From Macrostomum lignano (Eukaryota), in assembly GCA_002269645.1 (NCBI GenBank), contig NIVC01001200.1, positions 1-64,000 of the forward strand: 64,000 nt of DNA. The letters run 5' to 3'. The stretch's first letter is position 1, and every line of letters starts with the position of its first letter. This document shows positions 51,932-64,000 of the stretch, piece by piece. The translations under genes and the position numbers were made by a program. The notes beneath the pieces are model-generated. The model saw only the letters and a program-made list of their open reading frames with translations, was not told where the DNA came from and ran no database searches.

Positions 51932-53228
51932 TTTTAGCCACTGCAGAAAAGTGCCTAAAGGGCTATATTGTCATATAATATGACAAACTTCAAACCAATT
52001 GTAATTTCAATACTCATAGTGTGTATGAAAAAAATTATTTTCATACACAGTAACCCATATATAAAACTGAGTGCCAGGTTTCTTACAGGTGAACCTATTT
52101 TATATAGCATAAATATATAAATCTATAGATATATCTTTGCTGTCCTAACTTTTAGCCACTGCAGTCAGTTGCTTGAAGGGCTATATTGTCATATAATATG
52201 TCAAACTTCAAACCAATTGTAATTTCAATACTCATAGTCATAGTGTGTATGAAAAAAATTATTTTCATACACAGTAACCCATATATAAAACTGAGTGCTA
52301 GGTTTCTTACAGGTGAACCTATTTTATATAGCATAAATATATAAATCTATAGATATATCTCTGCTGTCCTAACTTTTAGCCACTGCAGTCAGTTGCTTGA
52401 AGGGCTATATTGTCATATAATATGTCAAACTTCAAACCAATTGTAATTTCAATACTCATAGTCATAGTGTGTATGAAAAAAATTATTTTCATACACAGTA
52501 ACCCATATATAAAACTGAGTGCCAGGTTTCTTACAGGTGAACCTATTTTATATAGCATAAATATATAAATCTATAGATATATCTCTGCTGTCCTAACTTT
52601 TAGCCACTGCAGTCAGTTGCTTGAAGGGCTATATTGTCATATAATATGTCAAACTTCAAACCAATTGTAATTTCAATACTCATAGTCATAGTGTGTATGA
52701 AAAAAATTATTTTCATACACAGTAACCCATATATAAAACTGAGTGCTAGGTTTCTTACAGGTGAACCTATTTTATATAGCATAAATATATAAATCTATAG
52801 ATATATCTCTGCTGTCCTAACTTTTAGCCACTGCAGTCAGTTGCTTGAAGGGCTATATTGTCATATAATATGTCAAACTTCAAACCAATTGTAATTTCAA
52901 TACTCATAGTCATAGTGTGTATGAAAAAAATTATTTTCATACACAGTAACCCATATATAAAACTGAGTGCCAGGTTTCTTACAGGTGAACCTATTTTATA
53001 TAGCATAAATATATAAATCTATAGATATATCTCTGCTGTCCTAACTTTTAGCCACTGCAGTCAGTTGCTTGAAGGGCTATATTGTCATATAATATGTCAA
53101 ACTTCAAACCAATTGTAATTTCAATACTCATAGTCATAGTGTGTAGGAAAAAAATTATTTTCATACACAGTAACCCATATATAAAACTGAGTGCCAGGTT
53201 TCTTACAGGTGAACCTATTTTATATAGC
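51932..53228. repeat. 224-bp AT-rich tandem repeat, ~5.8 near-identical copies
   Basis: Identical ORF-track peptides at 52152, 52376, 52600 and 52824, and a near-identical one at 53048 (period 224). Confidence 0.97.
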
Positions 53229-53504
53229 ACAAGCTGTTGAAACCTGCAGAATTTGAACCCGGGGAATTCCAACCCCCGGAACTATTTTTGCATGTATTCT
53301 GAAATCTGAGCCCATACTTAAACAAAAACTTTTTAATAGTTAGGAATTTAGGATAGAGTTAAACTTAAAATAGAGTACATTCATGTACAATTAGTATTTG
53401 AAGCAAACATTAATATTGTTGGTTGGGGTGCTGCACAGAATGTCAGGCAAACTCATGGCCTCTGCCTCTCCTTGTGTCCCTTTGAAGTTGGATCCTTAGA
53501 AACT

Positions 53505-54890
53505 TCTATCTCTACCTTCTCTTCTGTTTTCTCTCTTCTCTGGTCTATGGTCTCTTCTCTCTCTCCTCTATCCCCTCTTCTCTCGTCTATTCCCTCTTAT
53601 TATTTTCTCTCCTCTCCTCTCCTCTCTCGTCTCTGCTCTCTTATCTCTCCCTTTCTCCTGTTTTATCTCTTCCCATTTCTCTCTGCTCTCTACTCTCTCT
53701 TCTCTCTGCTCTCTACTCTCTCCTCTCTACTCTCTCCTCTCTACTCTATTTTCTCTCTGCTCTCTACTCTCTCTTCTCTCTGCTCTCTACTCTATCTTCC
53801 CTCTGCTCGATCTACACTATCTTCTCTCTGCTCTCTACTATCTTCTCTCTGCTCTCTACTCTCTATTCTCTCTTCCCTCTCCCCTCTTCTCACTCCTTAC
53901 TCTACCCTCTCAGAAACACTTCTCCTCTCTCCTTTCTCCTCTCCTCCCTCCTCTGTACTCTGTACTCTCTCGTCTCTCTCTCCTCTCTTCTATCGTCTCT
54001 TCCTTCACCTCTCCTCTCTCGTCTTTGCTCTCTTATCTATCTCTCCTTTCTCTTCTTTTATCTTTTCTCTCTTATCTCTTCTCATTTCTCTCTGCATGCT
54101 CTCTACCTCTATCTCTCCCTCTCTCTCCTCACCCCTCTCTCATCCTTTCCCCTCTTTCCCCTGTCCTCTCGATTCTCTCCCCTCCCCTCCTCTTTCCTCA
54201 CTCCTCTCTCTCTCCCTTTGTCTCACCTTTCATCTCTCATCTCTTATTTCTTATCTATCCTCTTTTCTCTCTACTCTCCCATCTCTCGTGTGTTCATTCT
54301 CGTCTTTGCTCTCTCAGTCTTATCTTCCCTCTCTCATCTGTCATCTTTACTCTCGTATACTCATATGTTCTCACCTCTCTCCTCTGTACTCTTCTCTTTC
54401 CCCTCATCTGACTCCTCTCTCCTCTCTCCTCTCAGATATCGTGTTCACTCTCATCCCCTCTCTTTTCTGCCATCTGTACTCTCCAATCTTCAGTGTACTC
54501 TTCTCTTTACCCTCCTCTGATTACTCTCTTTCCTTACTCCTCTTCTCTTCTCTCTTCTATACTCTCTCCCCTCTATTCTCTTCTCTCGCCTTTCTGCACT
54601 CTGCTCTCTCCTCCTTCATCTCTCATCTCTACTCTCTTCTCACTCTTCTCTGCTCTCCTCTGTCATCGATCCTGTCTCATCTCTCCCATCTTCTCTCTCC
54701 CTCTTCTCACTTCTACTCTTTCCTCTCTCTTCTCTCCCCCCTCCTCTCGCTTCTTACTCCAATATTATCTGCTCACTCCTTATCCTTACCCCATCATCTC
54801 TCTTCTTGTCTTTTATCTTTTCTCTTATCCTCCTCTCGCTTCTCCTCTCTTCTTATAGTCTATTCCTTCTCCTTTTCACTCTCATCTCAT
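53505..54890. repeat. ~1.4-kb degenerate CT-rich polypyrimidine low-complexity tract
   Basis: Direct. Confidence 0.93.
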
Positions 54891-55489
54891 CAGCCATGAG
54901 CTTGATTCTTTATCTGGCATTTGAGGTTAAGGTCTGTCAATCCCCGCTTCGAAAGCGTTTGTGGAACGTAGTACTCTCATAGTTGTTATGCTTTAATCAC
55001 ATCATATTTCTGGCCAATTAGCAGCCCTGAGAGGAATTTGTGTATCTCCCTCCAGCCCAGCTCCACCACCACAGTCTGCAGCAGTCTAGCAACCAAGGAA
55101 ATATGTATTTCTTAGGAGCCATTTAAATTTTAAAGTACCTTATGCGAATCTTGATGTTAAAATTTTCATGGTGTAACTAATTTAGTAGGATTGCATTGTA
55201 GTTATTCATTAGTTATTCAGTTATTCATTAATTTTTCGCTATTTTTACAAACCATCCCACATCGCCTTGATTTGCCATCCACTGTTAAACGGCTGCAGAC
55301 TTGTCTATACAGAGGACAGTGGTTTGAATCTCTCGCTGAAACTGTCTCTCCTCTCCACGCCTCTCCGCGCGCGGGGTGCCGAGAAGGCTATTAAAAAGTT
55401 ATTCCAAAACACTGTACATTCGCTAAGTACATTGAGCCCTATCGCCTGACCCTTCGTCTGGGCTGGGGGAATGAGTGAGTGAGAGGCAC

Positions 55490-56102
55490 AAACAACAGAA
55501 AAAGCAGACAAAATTCACATGCTTACAGTTTCTGTCCTGATTGAGATACAGAGTTGAGACTTTACATGTAGGCAGAGAATGAGTCAATAAAGAATTGTGT
55601 CAAATTTGAAGTCAATCGCTTCACGTGGAGCAAAACTATGGCAGCCGAATGTTAGGCATTTTAAAACCTACTCACACCCTTTGCCCAGATCGGGAAAGAG
55701 AGGCAGGCGGGCAGAGGTTGGGGTGGCTGCCTCGCTGAAAAAAATAGCCAAGCTTTAAAAGTGCACAGCGCCGTTCAGGATTAACTTTCAGACTCGAAAT
55801 TTCACATGATTTGGCCAAAATAGTTAAAAATTGTCTGTGTCAAATTTGAAGAGAATCCGTAGAAGTGGAGCGGCGCTATGGAGGATTTAGTGAAAAAATT
55901 GTGCATTTTGAGCAGTTTTTTGCACTTTTAGGTAGGAAGACTCAAATTTAGGAAATTAAAAGGTAGCCTAAGACATTCTCCGTAGTAAGTTTAGGGTGGG
56001 TGTAAAGTTTGGTGTAATTTGGTTGAGCGGTTTGGCAGTCCATAGCGAACAAAATTGTCCACACACAGACAGACAGAGTTTTGATTTTTATATGTAGAGA
56101 TA
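55490..56102 (+). mobile_element. possible non-autonomous Helitron/Helentron-type (DINE-1/Lep1-like) element
   Basis: Repeated TGTGTCAAATTTGAAG...ATC modules and an end of AAAGTTTGGTGTAATTTGGTTGAGCGGTTT...CACACACAGACAGACAGAG...TTTTATATGTAGAGAT. This resembles the 3' ends of such elements from memory only. Confidence 0.4.
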
Positions 56103-57549
56103 GTAGAAGCCATACTACAAAATTCAAAACATGTAAATGTAAGCCTAAACCAATCAGAGACACTCAACCATGATTCTTTTTTATATTTATTACAACATTG
56201 TCAACAACAAAAAATGCTATTTCATGGTTCTGAGGGCAGCATTATAACACCCAACCTTATTACAACTCTCTAAATTTTTTGTATAAGAGACTAGATGTAC
56301 TCATAGTAGCTCCCAAAAAGAGAATATCATTCAAAACTTACTATTAGCTGTGATTTTTGCTTCATGCAAGGTAGATACCTGAAAGAAAAGTTGTGGTTTC
56401 TGTTAAACTTGCTGTTTTACATTAACAATAAGAAAAAAGATTCAGCATAGGTCAGTGAGTTTTAGAAGTATAGAGAGCAACTCTCCCTCTAAATAAGTCC
56501 TAAAATTTTTGGTGCCCCCTACTGAATCCCATTTACTCGTAAAAACTCCCCTATACTAAAAATATTTGTGAGATTTTTAGCCTTATTCTTCAAACGTTTT
56601 TTTATAAAATTGCATCTCTAAGACTTTATCCGAGGCAGTCTACTCATAAAATTAGCTATAATCTGACACTGTTCTAATAATATTTAAATAGGCCATAGGA
56701 TTTTAATGAAGATTGGTTCTAGAATCATAATAAAATAATTTTAATTCTAATAACAGAATTGGAAGGAAAAGTATTGGGGAACTATTTTAAATGTTAATCA
56801 GCTTTATAATGGCAATTGTGTCTCCTGAATAGATGTGTGACAAAAACTGCTAATAATAAAAAATTGATGATTTCAAATTAAATATATTTTACTGTTACAG
56901 TGACATGGAAACATGACAAAAAACGGATCTGGAAATGGAGCAGGCTTATATAGAAAGGTTCCAAACCAATTCTGTTCTGGAAATAGTAGTATAAAAAGCC
57001 TAATAGTAGGCGTACGCGATCTATCCATGTCTCCTTAAGCATCCAGCTGATGCGTAGATGCATGTAAATGTAGACACGCATGCATATGCTTAAAAATTAA
57101 AATGTAGCACAAAATTTTAATTTAAAACGCGCTTGATATGTTTATATATACAGAAAATATCTTCCTTTTATGTTAATATCATGATTTATTGTTGTTTAAT
57201 GACAACTTGGAGTTCATTCGTTTGTTTTAATTAAAGATCAAAAATTCAATTTACTTTTTGGAGTTAGAGTTGGAAAACAGGTCATTTATTGAATATTGAC
57301 CTATTTGTTAAATTTACTACCTTGTTGGCACATGCTTGGGCGCAACCTTGGGATTCACCCGGCCATTTCTATTGGCAACACACACATGTAAGTTGCTATT
57401 GGATGGAATAGTAGTCACGTAAAATAAATACCTAGAAAAAAGTGCTTAGAAAGATCAGCAAGAGTGAGACAACAGGACTTAACAGCAAGGAAAGCAGAAA
57501 CAATCAAGCCAGACAACTTTAAATCCTTCCAATATTAAAGAAAGTGGCA

Positions 57550-59248
57550 AACTGGCGCAGCTTATTGAGGCAGTGATGGTTTGGCACTAGCAGAGCGGCA
57601 TTAGGAAGCCACTTTTCCTTTGCTTACCAAGTGGTATTGACATTCCAGATTGTCCACACATTAAGAATGAGCACTAGGAAGGCTACCAAGCCAGAGGAAA
57701 AATGGTATAACTTTGCTGCTTTTACAGTAGACTCACTAAAGATGCTGGATGCATGCTGAACATTAGTCTTCCATGTTTGTTGGATTCAAGGACCTTGTAG
57801 CTCATATTCAGTTGAAAGATGATCCGAGCTAGTTGCCTAAGTTCTTGTTTATAAAGTTTGTACAAATTGCAAAAATCTGCTGTTTGGATTTTCAGGGGGA
57901 TGGTAAAGTCTAGAAATTAAAACACCTGGTGCAAAATCCAATTTTCAAGATGTTTTTAAAGTTGTATACAGGGCCAAAGAGAAAGAACAGCAGCTTGCTA
58001 GATACCGGATTTAGATTTAATGATTCCAGCTTGCCTTTATATAAAAGACCCTGAAAGTGGCTTTTATTTACTGAATTGTTCTAAAAAATGCACATTACCA
58101 GCTTCATGTGAACCCAATCAAGCAAATCAAGGCAGTCAGTGAAGTGATTTTTCAAGTCCAGAGCACCACGCCTACTTTTTGGCATAAATTTTTTTTCCTA
58201 GAAGTCTCTATAGCAACTTGATCAAAAAAGTGCACACAGTTTTGGCAAGCTCATTGGTTTCTGTGTCAATGTCAAATATCTTGTTTTTATTGAGTTCCAT
58301 TTGCTGCAACAAATAAATTTCATCAATTGCAACAAGCACTACTCTCTCAGACTTAGACAGGCTATCAACTTTTAGCTTGAGATAATCTTTAGTTGCCTTG
58401 ATATCAGGGTCATTGCTCAATCTGGAAGTATCAAGCTCTTGATCATTCTTGACTTTAATCTTAGCTGACAAGTTGGTGATAGCTTTTGTGACTGCCTCCT
58501 GAGCTAGTAAGAGGTGCTCCTCACAACTATGCTAGAAATGTTCCAAATGGACATCTTCCAAACATCATAGCTGGACATTTTTTAGCCTAGCTATGATGTT
58601 TTCAAGTTGGGCAAAGGTTTTAAGACTGCCATCAGTTGCTAGATCTCTAGCAAAAGAAGCAACAGACATTCTAATTGTAATAAAAGTTACACTTAATTCA
58701 AAGATCACTTTGAAAAAGCATTTTAAATGATCTGATAGATTGTATGACATAATAGTGTAGAAGTCAAAAATCACATATTTTTGTAAAAGCTCCTCTGCTT
58801 TTACCTTGCAATGTTGAATTTTATTCTTTCAATGGCTCTCAGCAGATACACAAACTATTTGCTGCTTTTCTAGGATGGCCTTGCTCAAGTGGGGTGCAAC
58901 ATTTGGGAAGATGCATGGCACCGCATCATCTATCAGATGTTTATTTTTAAGCTTAGCAGTACCAGTTGATGGATTATCAGCTGCTGGCCTTTTGTGATTT
59001 TGGTTAGCATAGAGACAATCACAAAAAACTTACCTAGAAAATGCAGAAAGCAAACCTGATAATTGTGACTAGGGTCAGACCATAGCTTACACAGCTTGGC
59101 CTCAGTCCATTCTCAAGGAATTGTAGTGATCCACTTGTTCAGCAGATCCAGATTCTCAATACAAAGAAACTTGTAGATAGAAACAGTTGGATCCTTCTTA
59201 TACCAAGGCAAATTAGTAACAAGCTGGAACATAGCACTTGTATCCCAT
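57550..59248 (-). pseudogene. THAP-domain P-element/THAP9-like transposase, heavily decayed
   Basis: ATG at 59248 with MGYKCYVPAC; VSIYKF...NKWITTIP*; VCFLHF; DDAVPCIFP (THAP). Then LSKSERVVLVAIDEIYL...ELAKTVCTFLI; VYNFKNI; LYKLYKQE...NVQHASSIFSESTV. Confidence 0.8.
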
Positions 59249-59879
59249 GATATATTATACAAATGTTTTATTAAAAAATTTGTTTAGAAAATCAAAGAAT
59301 TGCTTAGAGTGAATTGATATCAGTTGTTTTTTGCTGTCTAAGTGATATCTTGCATTAGAAAATATAGGTAAAACATAGAAAAAGATAAATAATGTTCAGT
59401 GTATAGTAAAGGAAAGACAAAAATTCTTTGCTTTCCAAGTTCCCAAAATAAGACTAAACTTGTAGAGGGGGGAAAGGGCCATATGAGTATTATTTCCTGG
59501 TGAGCAAAGCAACCAAAAAGGCTTCCTTGGGTCATCTAGAAGGTTTGCCATTGCCAGGCAATATATATTTAGGTTATGTATGCTAGCATGTTTGGCAATA
59601 CCAGAGTGCCAGCTTTCATATGTTATTTGTCTATTCTATCTCATTTAAGGCAAACAGATCTGCCAAAGTCCATATAGAGCTATCAAGCTATATGCAGCCT
59701 AGATAGTTATACAAAGCTGTCATTTTGCTAATAGAAGTTGGAGGTAAAAGGCCCAAAGGCAAGACCATTAGTTTTTGGCAGAAATTCCTCATTTCTCATG
59801 AAAGATATAGCCTTTAATTTGAGCTACTAAAATTATAAAAACTAATTACTAATTAGAACCTAGTGTAATAACTGCTACA

Positions 59880-61666
59880 TGAGGGGTGTCTGGAAAGTAG
59901 TGTTACTTTTGCTTGGTGTGGACGTATGGAAAGTCACACTTGCATGTGCTTGGTGTCATTTGAAAGCGGCAAGTCTCTTCTTTAAAATGACACCAATTGC
60001 AAGAGATTTGGATCTGTGCTTCAAGAGATATGGACGATTAAGTAGAGAAAGGTCAGTCATAGACTTACAGAACCTCAAAAATGTCAACAGAAAACTTATA
60101 TCATGAGTGTAATTACTCCAGAAAAAAAAACAAAAAACACAACAGTACAGTGCAGAAGCATGTGAAACAGATAACAAGCAAATTATTACACAAGCAAACA
60201 ACATTAAAATCATTCATTGGTTGGCAGACTTGTCTTCTCAATGTAGTCACCATGAGACATGATGCACTTCTCCCATCGGTCCTGCATCTTGTCGATGGCA
60301 TTTGCATACACATCTGGTGCAGCAAGATCCTCCTGACCTCACTCTCCAAGTGATCACAACTGTTGTGAACTCGCCCTCGAAGCTGTCGCTTTAACTCAGG
60401 GAACAAGGTGAAGTCCGCAGGTGCCAGGTCAGGAGAATATGGAGGGTGAGGAAGCAACTCAAAGTTCAGTTGGTCAATTGCTTGCATGGTCTTTGCAGCA
60501 GTATGTGGCCTCGCATTGTTGTGGTGGAGGATATGGGGTCTTTCTTTCCCCCGTCTTTTGTTGCAGATGTCTGACTTCAGTTTTGTCAGGGAGGTCACAT
60601 ACTGATCAGCATTGATGGTCGAGTTTGGCTCCAGGAACTCGATGGTCAGTGGGCCATTGCAATCAAAAAAGAGAGTCAGCATGACTTTGTTGCTGTGCCG
60701 GTCTGGCTGTCTTGGCGAGCTTTTGTTGGTGGATCAGCTCCCTGATGGTCCAAACCATTGACTCCTGCTTTGTTGGAGGGTCGAAGTATGGCACCCATGT
60801 CTCGTCGCCAGTTACAATCAGCTCTCGAAAGGCTTCCCATCCTCCATGTTGATTGACCAGCTCCCGGTTGTTCACACATTTCTGCTTGCAATCCAGCTTC
60901 ATGACCTCAGTGAGCAATCGTGGTACCCAACGGGCACTCAGCTTGACGTGATTCATCTTCTGCAGGCACTCATGAACTGTGGACTTCGGGCAATCCAATC
61001 AATCAGCCATTTCGCGAATGGTCTGGTGGCAGTCTTCATCAATCAAGTCGAGAATGCGATCCGTCAGGCTGCTGCTGTCGCAAATTGCAGGGCGTCCGGA
61101 CCTTGGCATGTCGCTCACATCAGTTCTTCCAGCCTGAAACTCGCGCACCCACCTGCTTACTGTCATCTTGCTGACAGCATGGTCGCCATGAGCTGTGCAA
61201 AGTTGCCTGTGGATGTCAGCCAATTTGGTTCTGGAGCTCCAAAGTGTAAAGATGGCATGTTGCTGCCCAGTCTTTGAATGCACATCCATTTGCAGTTCAC
61301 AATTGAAAATTGAATGTCAATAAACTTTGCAGGTGTAGCAGAAGCAGTTTTACAAGTCTCGTAGTTTTATGAGACAGCCCCTCTTGTTCATTGCATCACA
61401 TTTGGCCATAGACAGCCCATTATTATGAAAAAATCGATAAACTCTTAAAAGTTTTCTGTTGACATTTTTGAGGTTCTGTAAGTCTATGACTGACCTTTCT
61501 CTACTTAATTGTCCATATCTCTTGAAGCACAGATTCAAATCTCTTGCAATTGGTGTCATTTTAAAGAAGTGACTTGCCGCTTTCAAATGACACCAAGCAT
61601 ATGCAAGTGTGACTGTCCATACGTCCACACCAAGCAAAAGTAACACTACTTTACGGACGCCCCTCG
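59880..61666 (-). mobile_element. mariner (DD34D) DNA transposon with 218-bp terminal inverted repeats
   Basis: 59880-60097 is the reverse complement of 61449-61666 with about 9 differences. TA follows the right end; the left junction reads TACA. Confidence 0.92.
60210..61289 (-). pseudogene. mariner transposase pseudogene
   Basis: Motifs SRWVREF..GR, PRSGRP, WVPRLL, IVTGDETW, KVMLTLFFD, HHNNARPH (D2 read as N), YSPDLAPADF, DRWEKCI..HGDYIEK. There are 34 residues between the D2 and D3 sites. In-frame TGA at 61001-60999 plus frameshifts. Confidence 0.92.
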
Positions 61667-61689
61667 TATATTGCAACCTTTAAGTCTAT

Positions 61690-62030
61690 CATGATAGACT
61701 ATAATAAGATAGTCACAATTGTAACACAATTGTAATATATGCTAAAATACTGCCACTTAATCCTACTTTGCTTTGCCTGACATAAGCACAAATAATTGGG
61801 GCTGAACTTGATAGGCCCTAGTGCCTAGTCTGCATGTAGCAAGGGATACTTGGAGTTGCATAAAATGAGCTTTCATTATGCCAAAGGTGCCATCTATAAA
61901 CCAACATTTAATACAATAGCACAAAGCTAAAACCTGGTTGTCATAAATGAAAACCAAATGTTAGCTTTCAAAAAGTCAGCTGGTATCCCCATCATGTTTA
62001 TGTCAAACTCTAGCATTGCAAGGTTTTCTG
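61690..62030 (-). pseudogene. MULE transposase fragment (second, unrelated family)
   Basis: IPADFL...(L)VFIYDNQVLAL...WFIDGTFGIMKAHFMQL...PQLFVLMSGK matches the MULE WxxDGTF..QL motif. Confidence 0.7.
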
Positions 62031-62207
62031 GCAAGCCTGCTTGCTTGCTCCAATTGGTACTTTATACTAGGTTACTAGTATTACTTGCTTTGAGTTTTAT
62101 CTAGTCTGCTTGTGTGACCACTTCATGCTAAATTGCTATTGCTATAGATAGATAAACACCTCAAAGATTGTATAGTTATAAATACTAATGGAAAGTATAT
62201 TACATTA

Positions 62208-62573
62208 GGGGGCCGTAGCCCAGCGGTAGCGCAGCTGCTCTGGTGTGCCGCGACCCAGGCTCGATTCCAAGTGCAGCCACATTAATTTGGGGCTGGATTG
62301 GAATCTTGGCTTGGCTCGCTTGTGCAATTAACGGCCTTGAGAGCCAACCCCCCCAAGGCACAGTGAAGTGTACATGCCTAACAATTGATAAAGTTAGGGC
62401 CGCTGTACACTCCTGTGTGAGTGTGTGCCTGCGTAACGTATCCGCGCGCTTGTATGCCTGCTCAGGGGAGTTGGCGGAATGGGCAGTAATGCCTCTCGCC
62501 GGTTGTGTGCCAATGACGCTTAAATTGTGCCAAGGTGCACACAACCCCCCTGCCTCTATATATATAATATATA
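62208..62573 (+). mobile_element. tRNA-derived SINE with 12-13-bp TSD
   Basis: tRNA-like head GGGGCCGTAGCCCAGCGGTAG (A box), B box GGCTCGATTCC at 62258-62268, and a TA-rich tail. TATATTACATTA(G) is duplicated at 62196-62208 and 62574-62586. Confidence 0.88.
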
Positions 62574-64000
62574 TATATTACATTAGAAAAATTCTTTTTA
62601 TTAAAATATACCTGATATAACTACGAGCTTGTAAAGTAGCCAAGATCTTCATGACAAGATCTACAGAAATCAGTCTAGGAAACTTATAATAGTGGGTATT
62701 CTAGAACATATTCTAAGCACTATTCAAATAGGTATGAACATAGTGGCTTGCACAGGAGGCTGTCATTTCTAGCAGATAAACTCAAATTTCTCTGCTACTT
62801 TCTGTAGTCTTATATTCTTGCATATTGATGCCTGCTTTGTAGATAATATAATACTATTTACTATAGGCATCATAGTCAATTGCTTGTTTAGAATTTCTCA
62901 TTGCTTTCCTATACTCAGGCTAGCAAAATATCTGCCTTCTTTGTGGCATGAAAAAAGAACTAAAAAGCAGTATTAAAATTAAGAGGCAAGAGCACAATTA
63001 AAATGAAATGAATATTTCATATAATCAACTAAATAAAATAAAAAAACACAATTCCTATTTCAATATGCATGTTTTTTTAGAAACACATCACTATAATAAC
63101 AAGTAAAGTTCCTTTTTAATGCATTAAGGTAGGGATGGAAGAAGAAAGAAAGAAAAGAATTTTTCTTAAGTTGGTCAGTTGAGCAAATTTGAATTGTTGC
63201 CTACATTGAGTTTGCACAAATTAAGCTAGAAAATCATTCAGTTGAATCTTAGCAAATTCTTCCTGGTTACTCTGTCTGCTGCAGTCTTTAATTCTAGGGA
63301 AGGGTAGTCATAATCATAGTCAAGTGGTCTTTGTTAGGCATAGTTGTCAAGTTTGGGTCCTTAGACACCATAATTCAATGTATGTCAAAGTAGCAAAGCT
63401 TATTATCATTTATTAATAAAGTTATTAGCTCAGCTGGACTGTATGTGAGATGAATTCAGCAGTGCTGCAGTGCAGGATAAATAAGTTGGTTATGGTTTTT
63501 GAAAAGAGTGTGGCAATAGATTAATAATGGAAATATCAAAATTCACATAGGTTTATAAGGAGAGAAATAGAGAAAAAGAGCACCAAAATAGTTGAATTAA
63601 CACGAGCTAACAAAATATTAAATAGGATTAGCAGGGATTCAGGTTAAGTTATATAGATTTGTGCCAATGCTTAGGACAACTGAAGGGGCAAAGTGTGGAA
63701 TGGGGAAAACCCAGAGTTGAGCCAAACATGAAATAAAAAGTAAAAATTAAAATGAAATAAATTGGGTGCATAAGTTGGGTCCAATAGAGGGAATAGAGGT
63801 GTAACCAAGTTGGGGACAAGAGGGACTAGCTGTAGGGCTAGGCATCATTATGAGAAATAACAATTTTGTCACTGGGGAGGCAAGTGGTAAATCATGCAAG
63901 TTGGTCATGCAAAAATTATTCAATCTGCACTCAGTGGTAGCCCGCACTACCACAAAACTAACTTGATTTAGCAAAACGTTAAATACTTTCTTAAAATGTG

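Noticed and set aside
62208-62280. tRNA gene
   Set aside because: It has A and B boxes but no complete cloverleaf. It continues into a SINE body with a tail and TSD.

Overview
This is eukaryotic (metazoan) genomic DNA, not prokaryotic. It has spliced GC-rich genes, many unrelated minisatellite arrays, and retro- and DNA transposons. The repeat-saturated architecture resembles the flatworm Macrostomum, but that is inference and cannot be confirmed here. Contents: (1) a near full-length RTE-clade non-LTR retrotransposon (1845-5005, minus) with a candidate HDV-like ribozyme at its 5' end; (2) an intronless 7TM GPCR-like gene with one frameshift (7282-8360); (3) a small secreted cystine-knot (ICK) peptide gene (12018-11713) whose signal peptide carries an in-frame 27-bp palindrome flanked by a 6-bp direct repeat; (4) about 20 kb of unrelated tandem arrays separated by short unique spacers, including two families in interleaved inverted pairs and one array related to a SINE body; (5) a complete 4-exon type I diacylglycerol kinase gene (42270-33298, minus, 773 aa by my splice model) whose introns and 3' UTR are filled with minisatellites; (6) an AT-rich right third with decayed DNA transposons: a NOF/Foldback-like Mutator transposase with Ulp1-like and spliced PHD domains plus an orphan 870-nt exon, a THAP/P-element-like pseudogene, a DD34D mariner with 218-bp TIRs, a second MULE fragment, and a tRNA-derived SINE with a TSD. 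No CRISPR array, rRNA or intact tRNA gene was seen. All protein assignments come from motif recognition by eye, not database searches. Array boundaries and copy numbers are approximate.
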